Positions 9,099 to 17,097 of a stretch of DNA of 46,235 nt are shown one piece after another. Numbering within the stretch: position 1 is the stretch's first letter; each line of letters opens with the position of its first letter. The stretch lies in NCBI GenBank assembly GCA_021775625.1, contig JAJFHM010000086.1, positions 1 to 46,235 of the forward strand, read 5' to 3'. This DNA is from Hyphomicrobiales bacterium. GTDB lineage: Bacteria > Pseudomonadota > Alphaproteobacteria > Rhizobiales > JAJFHB01. The notes under the pieces were generated by a model. The model worked only from the letters and a program-made list of their open reading frames with translations. It searched no databases and was not told the DNA's origin. A program made the translations under genes and the position numbers.

Positions 9099-9566
9099 TC
9101 ACAGTGTCGGTTTCATGAGCATCAGCCAGACGATGCACAAAACCGCGAAAAATGCCGGGAAGCCGCAGGCGAACCAGATCCGGTAGAGCTCATGATAGCG
9201 CTCCGGCAGCGCGCTTTTGGTGTCGCGGGCAACGATAGCCATGTTGCGCATGCGGATCTGAATCCACACCACCGGCAACCAGAACAATCCGATAAAGACA
9301 TACAGGCCGAGTGAGGCCAAAATCCATCCCTCGAATATCGGCCATCCCACATGCCGGGCGAGGAGCCAGCCGGTGATCGGCTGAAAGACCACCGCAGTGG
9401 CTGTAAAAACCGTATCGGCCACCACAACGATACCTGCCGTATGCGCGATCAGGGCCGCATCGCCGGTGCGGTTTGCCGCGACCATGAAAAAGGCTATTCC
9501 AGCCCCCGTGCCCAGCAGCACGCAGGCACCGATCACATGCGCGAACAGCACGGTTTCATAGACCAT
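9099..9566 (-). CDS. DUF2269-like integral membrane protein
   Basis: The C-terminal 155 codons of the 9099..9998 ORF (MVYETVLFAHVIGACVLLGTGAGIAFF...) form four hydrophobic helices. The ATG at 9566 overlaps the upstream stop (TGATG), indicating translational coupling. The longer Arg/Pro-rich N-terminal extension looks like a GC-driven artefact. Confidence 0.75.
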   Translation of the reverse strand: MVYETVLFAHVIGACVLLGTGAGIAFFMVAANRTGDAALIAHTAGIVVVADTVFTATAVVFQPITGWLLARHVGWPIFEGWILASLGLYVFIGLFWLPVVWIQIRMRNMAIVARDTKSALPERYHELYRIWFACGFPAFFAVLCIVWLMLMKPTL

Positions 9567-10870
9567 CAGCGGTCCTCCAGGATCACGGCGACGATCAGCG
9601 CTAACGCCGCGCCGGGTATGACTTTCACCAGGGGCCCAAGCGGGTCTGCCCAAAGATCCGGCGTCCAGACCGTGGCCGCACCCAGATAGCCTGCGGAAAC
9701 GGCGATCATGCCAAGAGCTGCCCACCGCGTCCACGGGCGCAGCAGGATGGCGCAGCCAAGGAGCAGGTCGATTGCGGCGCCGCCGATTACGCCGAACATG
9801 GCGAAGGCGTCGGTGAACCCGCGCTCGGTGAGAACCAGTTCTGCCTGTTCGCGGCTGGTGAAGCCGATAACGCCCGATGCAATCCAGAACACAGACAAGG
9901 TCGCGACGGCGAGCGGCAACAACACAAACATGCGGCCAAACAGCCGCTCCTGGCTTGTTGCCGGCAGGGCGGCCAGGGTATCGTCCAACCCGCGGCACGG
10001 TGTGCCGCCGGCGGCCTCCCAGGCGCGTGCATCACCGGTGACGCCGTTGGCAAGCACACGCAACGCTGTGGTGCGCAGCGGGGATCTCCATCCAAGCCAC
10101 CCGAGCCCATCCGCCATGCGGCCGATTGCAGCGACAAACGGCCGTGGCATGGTGATGTGCCATCGCCATTCCGGATACCCCAGCCAGGCCCGCACCTTAT
10201 CGACGACCTCCTGGAAAGAATGCACCTCAGCCTCGGTCAGGTCGGCAACGGTGCGGGTGGCAATTTCGCTGCGTGCGGCCTGCACCACCGCCTGCGCCAC
10301 ATCTTCGATGTAAACGGTCTGAAAGGATGCCTCTGGGTGTACGCGCATGCCAACCACGGGAAGGGCTGCACTGGCGCGCAGGAGTGCTGTTCCGCCATAG
10401 GCCTGCGCACCGATCACAACGCACGGGCGCAGGATGACCCAGTCGAGATCCGACGCCATCAACAAATTGTCGCCGCGCATCTTGGAGCGCATGAATTCGG
10501 TGCCGGCGTCTTCCGAAACCCCGGCTGCGGAAATTTGGATGAAACGCGTACCAGAGCCCGACAGGGCATCGATCAGACGGGAAATTGCTACTTCATGAAT
10601 GCCCTGCAGGCTGTCACGCGCGCCATCTTGAAGCGCGCCTGATGCATTGACGACAACGTCTGCTGCCGCCAGATCCTGCGACCACTGCCCGGCCGTCGCC
10701 GTCGCTATGTCCCGTTCAAGCCAGGCGATTGCCGGGTCGCACTGCAGGCCCGCTGACAACGACCGGCCGATACCTGTGACCTTGAACCCATCGCGTTTCA
10801 GCGCACGCAGGCATGCGGACCCGATCAGGCCATAAGCGCCAAGGACAATTGCAGTCTTTTCTGTGCTCAT
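9566..10870 (-). CDS. NAD(P)-binding SDR/epimerase-like oxidoreductase fused to a C-terminal DoxX-like membrane domain
   Basis: The N-terminal Rossmann motif is VLGAYGLIGSACLRAL. The C-terminal ~130 aa contain four TM helices (FVLLPLAVATLSVFWIASGVIGF ... PGAALALIVAVILE). Confidence 0.8.
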   Translation of the reverse strand: MSTEKTAIVLGAYGLIGSACLRALKRDGFKVTGIGRSLSAGLQCDPAIAWLERDIATATAGQWSQDLAAADVVVNASGALQDGARDSLQGIHEVAISRLIDALSGSGTRFIQISAAGVSEDAGTEFMRSKMRGDNLLMASDLDWVILRPCVVIGAQAYGGTALLRASAALPVVGMRVHPEASFQTVYIEDVAQAVVQAARSEIATRTVADLTEAEVHSFQEVVDKVRAWLGYPEWRWHITMPRPFVAAIGRMADGLGWLGWRSPLRTTALRVLANGVTGDARAWEAAGGTPCRGLDDTLAALPATSQERLFGRMFVLLPLAVATLSVFWIASGVIGFTSREQAELVLTERGFTDAFAMFGVIGGAAIDLLLGCAILLRPWTRWAALGMIAVSAGYLGAATVWTPDLWADPLGPLVKVIPGAALALIVAVILEDR

Positions 10871-11129
10871 GCGGCCTCACCGTCGCAACGGTCCTTGGAC
10901 CATCACCGCCTTATGATTTTCAGGTTCTTCTATATATCGGGGGAAGCGGGAAAGCACCGAAATCAAGCGGCCGCAGCAACCCGGGCCGTTTCCAGCCGGG
11001 AGTGAAATTTCACCCTTGCCGGCCGCGCCGCTTGACAGACGCTGTGCGGGGTTTTACATGCCCCCGGCTGGTTGCAATGGCTCAGAGCAAAGCGTAAGTT
11101 GCGCCCGCATCCAAGAGCCCCGCTCCCGT

Positions 11130-11206
11130 GCCGCCTTAGCTCAGTAGGTTAGAGCGCTAGATTGTGGATCTAGAGGTCCCCCGTTCGATCCGGGGAGGCG
11201 GTACCA
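11130..11206 (+). tRNA. tRNA-His (anticodon GTG), encoded CCA, no encoded G-1
   Basis: The cloverleaf folds by hand. Acceptor GCCGCCT/AGGCGGT has a G1-U72 pair. D arm is GCTC-AGTAGGTTA-GAGC. Anticodon arm is CTAGA-TTGTGGA-TCTAG. Variable loop is AGGTC. T arm is CCCCG-TTCGATC-CGGGG. Discriminator is A73, followed by CCA. Base -1 (11129) is T. Confidence 0.93.
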
Positions 11207-11458
11207 ATTTCCCAAGTAAACAATTATTTACTGTGGAGCCCCTTCGTGGTTGCGGAGGTCTCTGCATTCTTTTTTGTCTGAGGGACCGCCGAGGTACCAA
11301 CGCCAATGGACGGATGCAGGCACCCTACGGTCATTGTTCACCTGTATGCGGACATGTCTCAGGTATTTGACGGACTTCCTGCCATTAACGGCCAATTAGA
11401 CACCGGACATTCCATTTTGCGTTTATGCTGCTTTTGGTCTTCACAAAGCCACACAACC

Positions 11459-12043
11459 CTATAGAACTCGAGTCATCAGCAGATAGTCCCCGCCATAGCG
11501 AATTTTGTCATGTCCAACGACCGGTTGGCGTGCGCGTTCCTTATACCCAAGCGTTTCATAAAGTCTGACTGCACCCTGGTTCTCCGAGAAAACATTGAGG
11601 CTCGTTTCCTTGAAGCCTTTGGCTTTTGCAGCCGTTTCCGCCTCAGCAATTAGGCGTTTGCCAATGCCGGAGCCTCGAAACTCAGTGTAGACTGCCACTG
11701 CCATGATGTAATAGCTACCGTCGGCGTGCATATGTTCGAATGGCTCATATAGATATAGGCGATCTTCGGGCACAAGCGGGTCGGCTGGGTCATCTCCCAT
11801 GGCATCAATTGGAAATGCGTGTATTGAACCCAGCACCCTCTCTTCATTCTCGGCAACCGAGCAGTTCGCGAAAGTCGTAGTCACGTTCGGACGGGAGAAC
11901 AGATGCTCGACAATCAAATTGGCTCTGCGCCCCGGGATGGCTCGTTCATAAACAGCCTCTGCCAAGCCGCCCGTCGCTTCCATGAAGGCGTGGGCCAAAT
12001 GAGGGATGTCAGCGATTTGTGCGGGTCTTATTGAAAAACTCAT
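11459..12043 (-). CDS. GNAT family N-acetyltransferase
   Basis: 194 aa with the acetyl-CoA motif A region (YIMAVAVYTEFRGSGIGKRLIAEAETAAKAKGF) and a C-terminal (NQGAVRLYETLGYKE) pattern. Codon usage is lower in GC than in the neighbours. Confidence 0.88.
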   Translation of the reverse strand: MSFSIRPAQIADIPHLAHAFMEATGGLAEAVYERAIPGRRANLIVEHLFSRPNVTTTFANCSVAENEERVLGSIHAFPIDAMGDDPADPLVPEDRLYLYEPFEHMHADGSYYIMAVAVYTEFRGSGIGKRLIAEAETAAKAKGFKETSLNVFSENQGAVRLYETLGYKERARQPVVGHDKIRYGGDYLLMTRVL

Positions 12044-12069
12044 GCTGGTTGATTCTCAGTTTTCACTAT

Positions 12070-12354
12070 TCATCTTGGTCTAGCTGGATCGCGATCTATT
12101 AAGAACGTGTTGAGCCACAAGTCCGCTAATGGGATGGACCGGCTGTTCCCTCGGAGCCAACGGGTTAGCCCGCCTCTGCAATAACCGGTTGAGCTGGCAG
12201 CCCGGTTCTTAGTGCGGGGAATGTCGAGCATGCCCTCGTTCGCTGTGGCTCTAAAACCAAAGCCGGGGATCTCGGTGTCCCAGTGGATCACTTCTCCCAC
12301 GGCTGGCGTCGCTATGCTGTCGATGAAGGCCTTTGTGAGCTTGTGCTTCGGCAT
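12070..12354 (-). pseudogene. truncated tyrosine integrase (only the N-terminal DUF4102/arm-binding region remains)
   Basis: MPKHKLTKAFIDSIATPAVGEVIHWDTEIPGFGFRATANEG matches the typical start of P4-type tRNA-island integrases (LTxxxVxxxxxxGxxxxxWDxxxxGFGLRV). The ORF stops after 94 codons, and there is no catalytic R-H-R-Y domain downstream. Confidence 0.7.
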
Positions 12355-12529
12355 GGTTTAATGCCCCGTCTGAGGTGTCTCAGGCAACACCCGGGCACCA
12401 ACACAGAGAATCTTACCGTAACATGCAGGTGTTTTTCAAGGTCAGAGACAAGAACATTACCGTTTATTTTCAGCTATTTAGTGACATAGCGCTACAGCAT
12501 TATACAGTAAGCAACAGTAGGACTGCTTT

Positions 12530-12574
12530 ATTGTGGATCTGGAGGTCCCCCGTTCGATCCGGGGGGCGGTACCA
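12530..12574 (+). repeat. att-like duplicate of the 3' half of tRNA-His
   Basis: ATTGTGGATCTgGAGGTCCCCCGTTCGATCCGGGG-GGCGGTACCA aligns with 11161-11206 at 44 of 46 positions. No 5' half is present, so it is not a functional tRNA. Confidence 0.85.
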
Positions 12575-12638
12575 TTTTTTCCTCCATATCAAACGGAGTT
12601 CCTGCCCGATCACGGCTCAGCCCGGGCGCCGGATACCG

Positions 12639-13076
12639 TCAGCACTGGCGCAGGTAGGTGAACACCAGTGTATCGGTCTTGTACTGCCCGGTCGGCTGGC
12701 AGCGGCTCATCACCGGCCGGGTGCCGTAGACCGTCACCTGCAACTGGTCGGGCCGCACCGGTCCCGAGACCTGATACTCCAGCGGTGCGCCCGGACAGTG
12801 GCGCGAAAACAGGCGCGCGGTGCCGTGATAGCTATTGCCCTGCTTTACCCCGTTGAACAGCAAGGTGCCCTGTGTAACGCCTTCGTTGCGCATCCCCTGA
12901 CGCGGATTTTCGTAATAAAACCAGCGCTGATTGCCTGAGGCCTGCAGGCGCATCAGGGATCCGTTGTGGTTCCAGCATGAATCGGCACGCGCGCTGTGTG
13001 GCGCCGTCATCGAAAACATCAGACTGGCCGCGAGTGTTAGACCTGTCAGCGCGGCATATTTGAACAACCTTGGCAT
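12639..13076 (-). CDS. exported hypothetical protein with four Cys
   Basis: Sec signal peptide (MPRLFKYAALTGLTLAASLMFSMTAPHSARA, then DS). The mature ~115-aa domain has no recognisable motif. Confidence 0.6.
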   Translation of the reverse strand: MPRLFKYAALTGLTLAASLMFSMTAPHSARADSCWNHNGSLMRLQASGNQRWFYYENPRQGMRNEGVTQGTLLFNGVKQGNSYHGTARLFSRHCPGAPLEYQVSGPVRPDQLQVTVYGTRPVMSRCQPTGQYKTDTLVFTYLRQC

Positions 13077-13245
13077 GGAAATTTCTCTTTCTACGGATCA
13101 GTTGACTGTGATTGATTTGTAGCGCAGATCGCGCCTGCTTGCTATCCATCTCCGCCGCCCGGGTGTCGCGTCAAAGTGGGCGACGTGATACATCGTGATG
13201 CAAGCTGATTTCGACACGTGCCGCATTAAGAACGGATAGCCAGTC

Positions 13246-14184
13246 ATGACCGCTGCGATTGATCCCAGGGAACTGCGAAAGGCGCTCGGCGCCTTCGTCA
13301 CCGGTGTCACCGTGATCACCACGCGCGAAGCGGACGGGACGCCGCGCGGCTTCACCGCAAATTCCTTCACCTCAGTATCCCTCGATCCGCCGCTGATCCT
13401 GGTGTGCATCGGCAAGACCGCCTTCAGTTACCCGGTTTTCTGCGCGGCAAAGAACTTTGCCGTCAACATTCTGGCAGAAGACCAGGTGGATACGTCAGGA
13501 GTGTTTGCCTCGAAGGAACCGGACAAGTTCGATCGGGCCAGATGGCGCACCGGGGCCGGCGGCAGCCCGATCATAGAAGACACCACAGCCTGGCTTGACT
13601 GTGAAACCCATGACCTTGTGGAAGCCGGCGACCATGTCATTCTCATTGGCCGTGTCATCGACTTCGATCACTCGAACGCCAATCCCCTGGGCTTTTGCCG
13701 TGGCAGCTATGTTCAATTCGGGCTTGAACGCGATGCGGTCGCTGCCGCCGGACAGCAGACCCGGGTCGGCGCAATTCTCGAAAGCGACGGCAAGATCCTG
13801 ATGCTGAAAGACCCGCAAAGCGGCACGTATGTTTTGCCGACAGGGTCAAGCCTGGGCAGTGCCGACGACGAAAAGAGCCTTTACGGCAAAGTGCGCGCGC
13901 TGGGTGTGGGCGCCGACATCTCTTTTCTGTTTGCCGTTTACGAGAGTGATAACGGCAATTGCCAGTGGGTCTATTACCGTGGCGAGATTGTCTACGGGCC
14001 AAAGGAAGATCCGGCGGTACGCATGTTCGGGTTCGATGAAATGCCCTGGGACAAAATTACGGATTCAGCACTCCAGACCATGCTCCGGCGCTACGTAACC
14101 GAACGCACGGAAAACCGCTTCGGGATTTATGTCGGAGATAACGAGCGCGGCCAGATCCACGCCCTGTCGGAAAGCTATTTTTAA
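13246..14184 (+). CDS. flavin reductase-like FMN-binding domain fused to a ~150-aa Nudix-like C-terminal domain with a degenerate Nudix box
   Basis: The N-terminal 160 aa match the flavin reductase family (LGAFVTGVTVITT ... GFTANSFTSVSLDPPLILVCI ... GDHVILIGRV). The C-terminus (RVGAILESDGKILMLKD ... YVLPTGSSLGSADDEKSLYGKVRALGV) resembles a Nudix fold but lacks the REx2EE glutamates. Confidence 0.75.
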   Translation: MTAAIDPRELRKALGAFVTGVTVITTREADGTPRGFTANSFTSVSLDPPLILVCIGKTAFSYPVFCAAKNFAVNILAEDQVDTSGVFASKEPDKFDRARWRTGAGGSPIIEDTTAWLDCETHDLVEAGDHVILIGRVIDFDHSNANPLGFCRGSYVQFGLERDAVAAAGQQTRVGAILESDGKILMLKDPQSGTYVLPTGSSLGSADDEKSLYGKVRALGVGADISFLFAVYESDNGNCQWVYYRGEIVYGPKEDPAVRMFGFDEMPWDKITDSALQTMLRRYVTERTENRFGIYVGDNERGQIHALSESYF

Positions 14185-14642
14185 GCCGCCGATTCAATGT
14201 CAGGATCTTCTTCACCGTCGAGCAGCCATTTCACGCGCTCCAGAAGGGTCTGTGCGCTGACCGGTTTGCGCACATAACAATTGACGCCTGCCTTGGTCGC
14301 GTTGTCGATCTGCCGGCGGGTGGGACGATCGGAGAGGAAAACTATTGGCAGACCCTTATTGGGGCTGTCGGAGGCCGTACGGACCACATTCGTCAGTTCC
14401 AGCGCGGTGATGCCGCTGATTTCGCTGTCCAGCAGCATCAGGTCGACATGATGTGTTTTGATGATTTCCAGGGCGCCGTAGGCGTCGGCGGCATGATATG
14501 CGTGCTTGACGCCACCGACCGATAGCATCTGTCGCAGAAGCGACACAAAGTGCCGGCTGGGTTCGACAATCAAGATGGTTGGGTCGTGCTGTTCAAGTAT
14601 GAGCACAGCCGGGGTCCTCGCTACTCCCATGCGCCAGTCCAT
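14181..14642 (-). CDS. single-domain (CheY-like) response regulator with an atypical acidic pocket
   Basis: The REC domain (ILIVEPS ... DLMLLDSEISG ... VFLSD ... VRKP) retains the phospho-Asp, Ser/Thr and Lys positions. The start is uncertain. Candidates are ATG 14642, ATG 14630, or GTG 14606, which has the best SD (GAGGA). The remainder of the 14181..14945 ORF is probably not translated. Its stop codon overlaps the convergent flavin reductase stop (TTAA at 14181-14184). Confidence 0.75.
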   Translation of the reverse strand: MDWRMGVARTPAVLILEQHDPTILIVEPSRHFVSLLRQMLSVGGVKHAYHAADAYGALEIIKTHHVDLMLLDSEISGITALELTNVVRTASDSPNKGLPIVFLSDRPTRRQIDNATKAGVNCYVRKPVSAQTLLERVKWLLDGEEDPDIESAA

Positions 14643-14871
14643 GCGGCTGCGACATGCGTTTACAGTCTCATTACGGGTGCATTTATAGCTGATGCGCCTT
14701 AAAGCGGGTTTGCGCTGCGGCCATGGAATTGCTTTAAATTTTGAGACAATTTTACGGTTTGGAGGCGCGCGCACCGCGCTTCGCCTGTTCATCATATCGG
14801 CACCATTGGTTGACGCGTGTGCATTCCTTCTGTAACCGGTTCGCCAGTCCCTAGTTCCGGGCGGGCGCGAG

Positions 14872-15933
14872 TTGAGAAGCAAAGTGTCTGAACATCTCAA
14901 AACCTGGCTGCGCGATCCAGGGCCCGGACGGGCCTGTACCATCATTGCGGAAGTCGCCCAGGCGCATGACGGCAGCCTTGGGCTGGCGCATTCCTATATT
15001 GACGCCGCCGCTGAAGCAGGCGCCGATGCGGTCAAGTTCCAGACCCATATCGCTGAAGCCGAAAGCACTCCGTCGGAGCCATGGCGCACCCGGTTCAGTC
15101 CGCAGGATGAAACCCGGTTCGGCTATTGGAAACGCATGGAGTTCACAGCCGAACAGTGGCACGGTCTGAAACGTCACGCCGATGACGCCGGTCTCATGTT
15201 CCTGAGCTCGCCGTTCTCGCTCGAGGCCGTTGACCTGTTGAAATCGGTCGGCGTGGCCGGCTGGAAGATCGCGTCCGGCGAGATCACCAATTCGCCGATG
15301 CTGGAAGCCATGGCCGAGACCCGGCAACCGGTTCTCCTGTCCACCGGCATGAGCCCCTATGCGGAAATTGACGCAACGGTGGAACTCATTCGCCGCCACG
15401 GCGCACCGCTCGCCATTTTCCAGTGCACCACACAGTATCCCTCGCCGCCGGACTCGATCGGCTTGAACGTGCTGGCGGCATTCCGTGAGCGTTACAAGAC
15501 CGCGGTCGGCCTGTCCGACCACTCCGGCACCATCTTCCCGTCGATTGCGGCGGCGACGCTCGGCGTTGACGTCATTGAAGTGCACATTACAATGAGCCGG
15601 GAAATGTTTGGCCCGGACGTGCCCGCCTCGGTGACCAGTGCCGAAATGAAGGAACTGGTGCGCGGTGTGCGCTTTGTTGAACAAATGCAGGCAGCACCCG
15701 TAGACAAGTCCATAGTCGCCGACGCCATTGCTCCATTGCGTGAAATTTTTCTGAAAAGCGTTGTGGCGCGCGATGACCTGGCAGCGGGCACCGTGCTTGA
15801 GCGCCATCACCTCACCACCAAAAAGCCCGGCACCGGCATCCCCGCCAGTGCATTTGAAGACGTGATCGGGCGAACCCTTGCGCGCGATATTGTGCGCGAT
15901 GTGCCGCTCCTCGACGATGATTTGAAAGCCTGA
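14872..15933 (+). CDS. neuB: N-acetylneuraminate (nonulosonate) synthase family protein with a C-terminal SAF domain
   Basis: NeuB motifs are present (IIAEVAQAHDGS, AVKFQTH, WKIASGEITN, LLSTGMS, GLSDHSG). The SAF-like tail is VVARDDLAAGTVLERHHLTTKKPGTGI. Start is TTG 14872 or GTG 14884. Confidence 0.9.
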   Translation: MRSKVSEHLKTWLRDPGPGRACTIIAEVAQAHDGSLGLAHSYIDAAAEAGADAVKFQTHIAEAESTPSEPWRTRFSPQDETRFGYWKRMEFTAEQWHGLKRHADDAGLMFLSSPFSLEAVDLLKSVGVAGWKIASGEITNSPMLEAMAETRQPVLLSTGMSPYAEIDATVELIRRHGAPLAIFQCTTQYPSPPDSIGLNVLAAFRERYKTAVGLSDHSGTIFPSIAAATLGVDVIEVHITMSREMFGPDVPASVTSAEMKELVRGVRFVEQMQAAPVDKSIVADAIAPLREIFLKSVVARDDLAAGTVLERHHLTTKKPGTGIPASAFEDVIGRTLARDIVRDVPLLDDDLKA

Positions 15934-15939
15934 CACGTT

Positions 15940-17097
15940 ATGAGCCGAAAAGTCTGCGTTGTGATAACGGCACGTCCCAGCTACGCCCGTGTTCGAACCG
16001 CCCTTGAGGCGATCCGCGATCACCCCGGCCTCGAACTGCAGCTTGTCGTCGCAGCCTCGGCCCTGCTTGACCGTTACGGCAATGCGGTCAACGTGATCGA
16101 GGAAGAAGGCTTCAAGATCGACCGGCAGGTTTACATGATCCTGGAAGGTGAGAACCTCGTCACCTCGGCGAAATCGACGGGGCTGGGCCTGGCCGAACTG
16201 GCGACCGTGTTCGACAATCTGAAGCCCGACGTCGTGGTCACCATCGCCGACCGTTTCGAAACCATGGCCACTGCCGTTGCGGCGGCTTACATGAACATTC
16301 CGCTCGCCCATATCCAGGGCGGGGAGATCACCGGCTCGATCGATGAAAAGGTGCGCCACGCGGTCACCAAGCTGGCCGACCTGCATCTGGTCTCATCGGA
16401 AAAGGCAGGTGAGCGCGTCATCAAGATGGGTGAAGAAGCGGGCAAGGTATTTGTCACCGGCTGTCCGTCAATCGATCTTGCCCGCCTGGCGCGAGACACC
16501 GAACCGCGCAGCGTGCCGGATATACTCTCCGCCTATGGCGGGGTCGGCGGGGAGGTCGACATCTCCGAGGGCTATATCGTCGTTTTGCAACATCCCGTCA
16601 CCACCGAATACCAGATGGCGCGCGACCATGTGGTGGAGACCCTTAACGCGGTGCGCGAGGGCCAGTATCCGACATTGTGGTTCTGGCCAAACGTCGATGC
16701 CGGTTCCGACGGCACCTCGAAAGGCATCCGCGCCTTCCGCGAGAGCCATGCCTTGCGCAATGTGCACTTCTACAAAAACCTGCGCCCGCTCGATTTCCTG
16801 TCCGTCCTGATCAATTCCCGCGGCATCGTCGGCAATTCGAGCGTCGCCATCCGGGAATGCGCCTATCTCGGCGTGCCCGCGGTCAACATCGGCCGCCGCC
16901 AGCATGGCCGCGACCGCGGCCGCAACGTGATCGACGTGGATTATGATAGCGTCCAGATCAAGCAGGCCATCGACCGGTGCTGGGCCGCACCGGAGCGCCA
17001 CAGCGACCCGATCTACGGCGACGGTGGTGCCGGCCGCAACATTGCCGATGTTCTCGCCACGGCACGGCTCTCCATCGAAAAGACGCTGACATATTGA
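15940..17097 (+). CDS. neuC: UDP-N-acetylglucosamine 2-epimerase (hydrolysing), NeuC/LegG type
   Basis: VCVVITARPSYARV ... IADRFETMATAVAAAYMNIPLAHIQGGEITGSIDEKVRHAVTKLADLHL ... GNSSVAIRECAYLGVPAVNIG is the hydrolysing 2-epimerase pattern. The gene starts 7 nt after the neuB stop. Confidence 0.9.
   Translation: MSRKVCVVITARPSYARVRTALEAIRDHPGLELQLVVAASALLDRYGNAVNVIEEEGFKIDRQVYMILEGENLVTSAKSTGLGLAELATVFDNLKPDVVVTIADRFETMATAVAAAYMNIPLAHIQGGEITGSIDEKVRHAVTKLADLHLVSSEKAGERVIKMGEEAGKVFVTGCPSIDLARLARDTEPRSVPDILSAYGGVGGEVDISEGYIVVLQHPVTTEYQMARDHVVETLNAVREGQYPTLWFWPNVDAGSDGTSKGIRAFRESHALRNVHFYKNLRPLDFLSVLINSRGIVGNSSVAIRECAYLGVPAVNIGRRQHGRDRGRNVIDVDYDSVQIKQAIDRCWAAPERHSDPIYGDGGAGRNIADVLATARLSIEKTLTY

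Larger units (their letters stand above)
11161..12574. mobile_element. decayed tRNA-His-integrated genomic islet bounded by direct repeats of the tRNA 3' half
   Basis: The 46-nt tRNA 3' half (11161-11206) recurs at 12530-12574 with one substitution and one 1-nt deletion. The interval is visibly lower in GC. It carries only a GNAT gene and a truncated integrase N-terminus. Confidence 0.75.

Noticed and set aside
9567-9998. Upstream 144 codons of the 299-aa ORF 9099..9998.
   Set aside because: This part overlaps the 3' end of the SDR-DoxX gene in another frame and is Arg/Pro-rich. The membrane protein begins convincingly at the ATG that overlaps the upstream stop (9566).
11032-11100. Sigma-70-like promoter candidates upstream of tRNA-His: TTGACA-N17-TACATG at 11032-11060 and TTGCAA-N17-TAAGTT at 11072-11100.
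   Set aside because: The -10 hexamers match poorly (3 of 6), and two alternatives fit equally well. Neither is supportable without TSS data.
12530-12574. Possible second tRNA gene.
   Set aside because: Only the anticodon-loop-to-CCA half is present. There is no acceptor 5' strand or D arm upstream, and a 1-nt deletion lies in the acceptor 3' strand. It is an att-type duplicate, not a gene.
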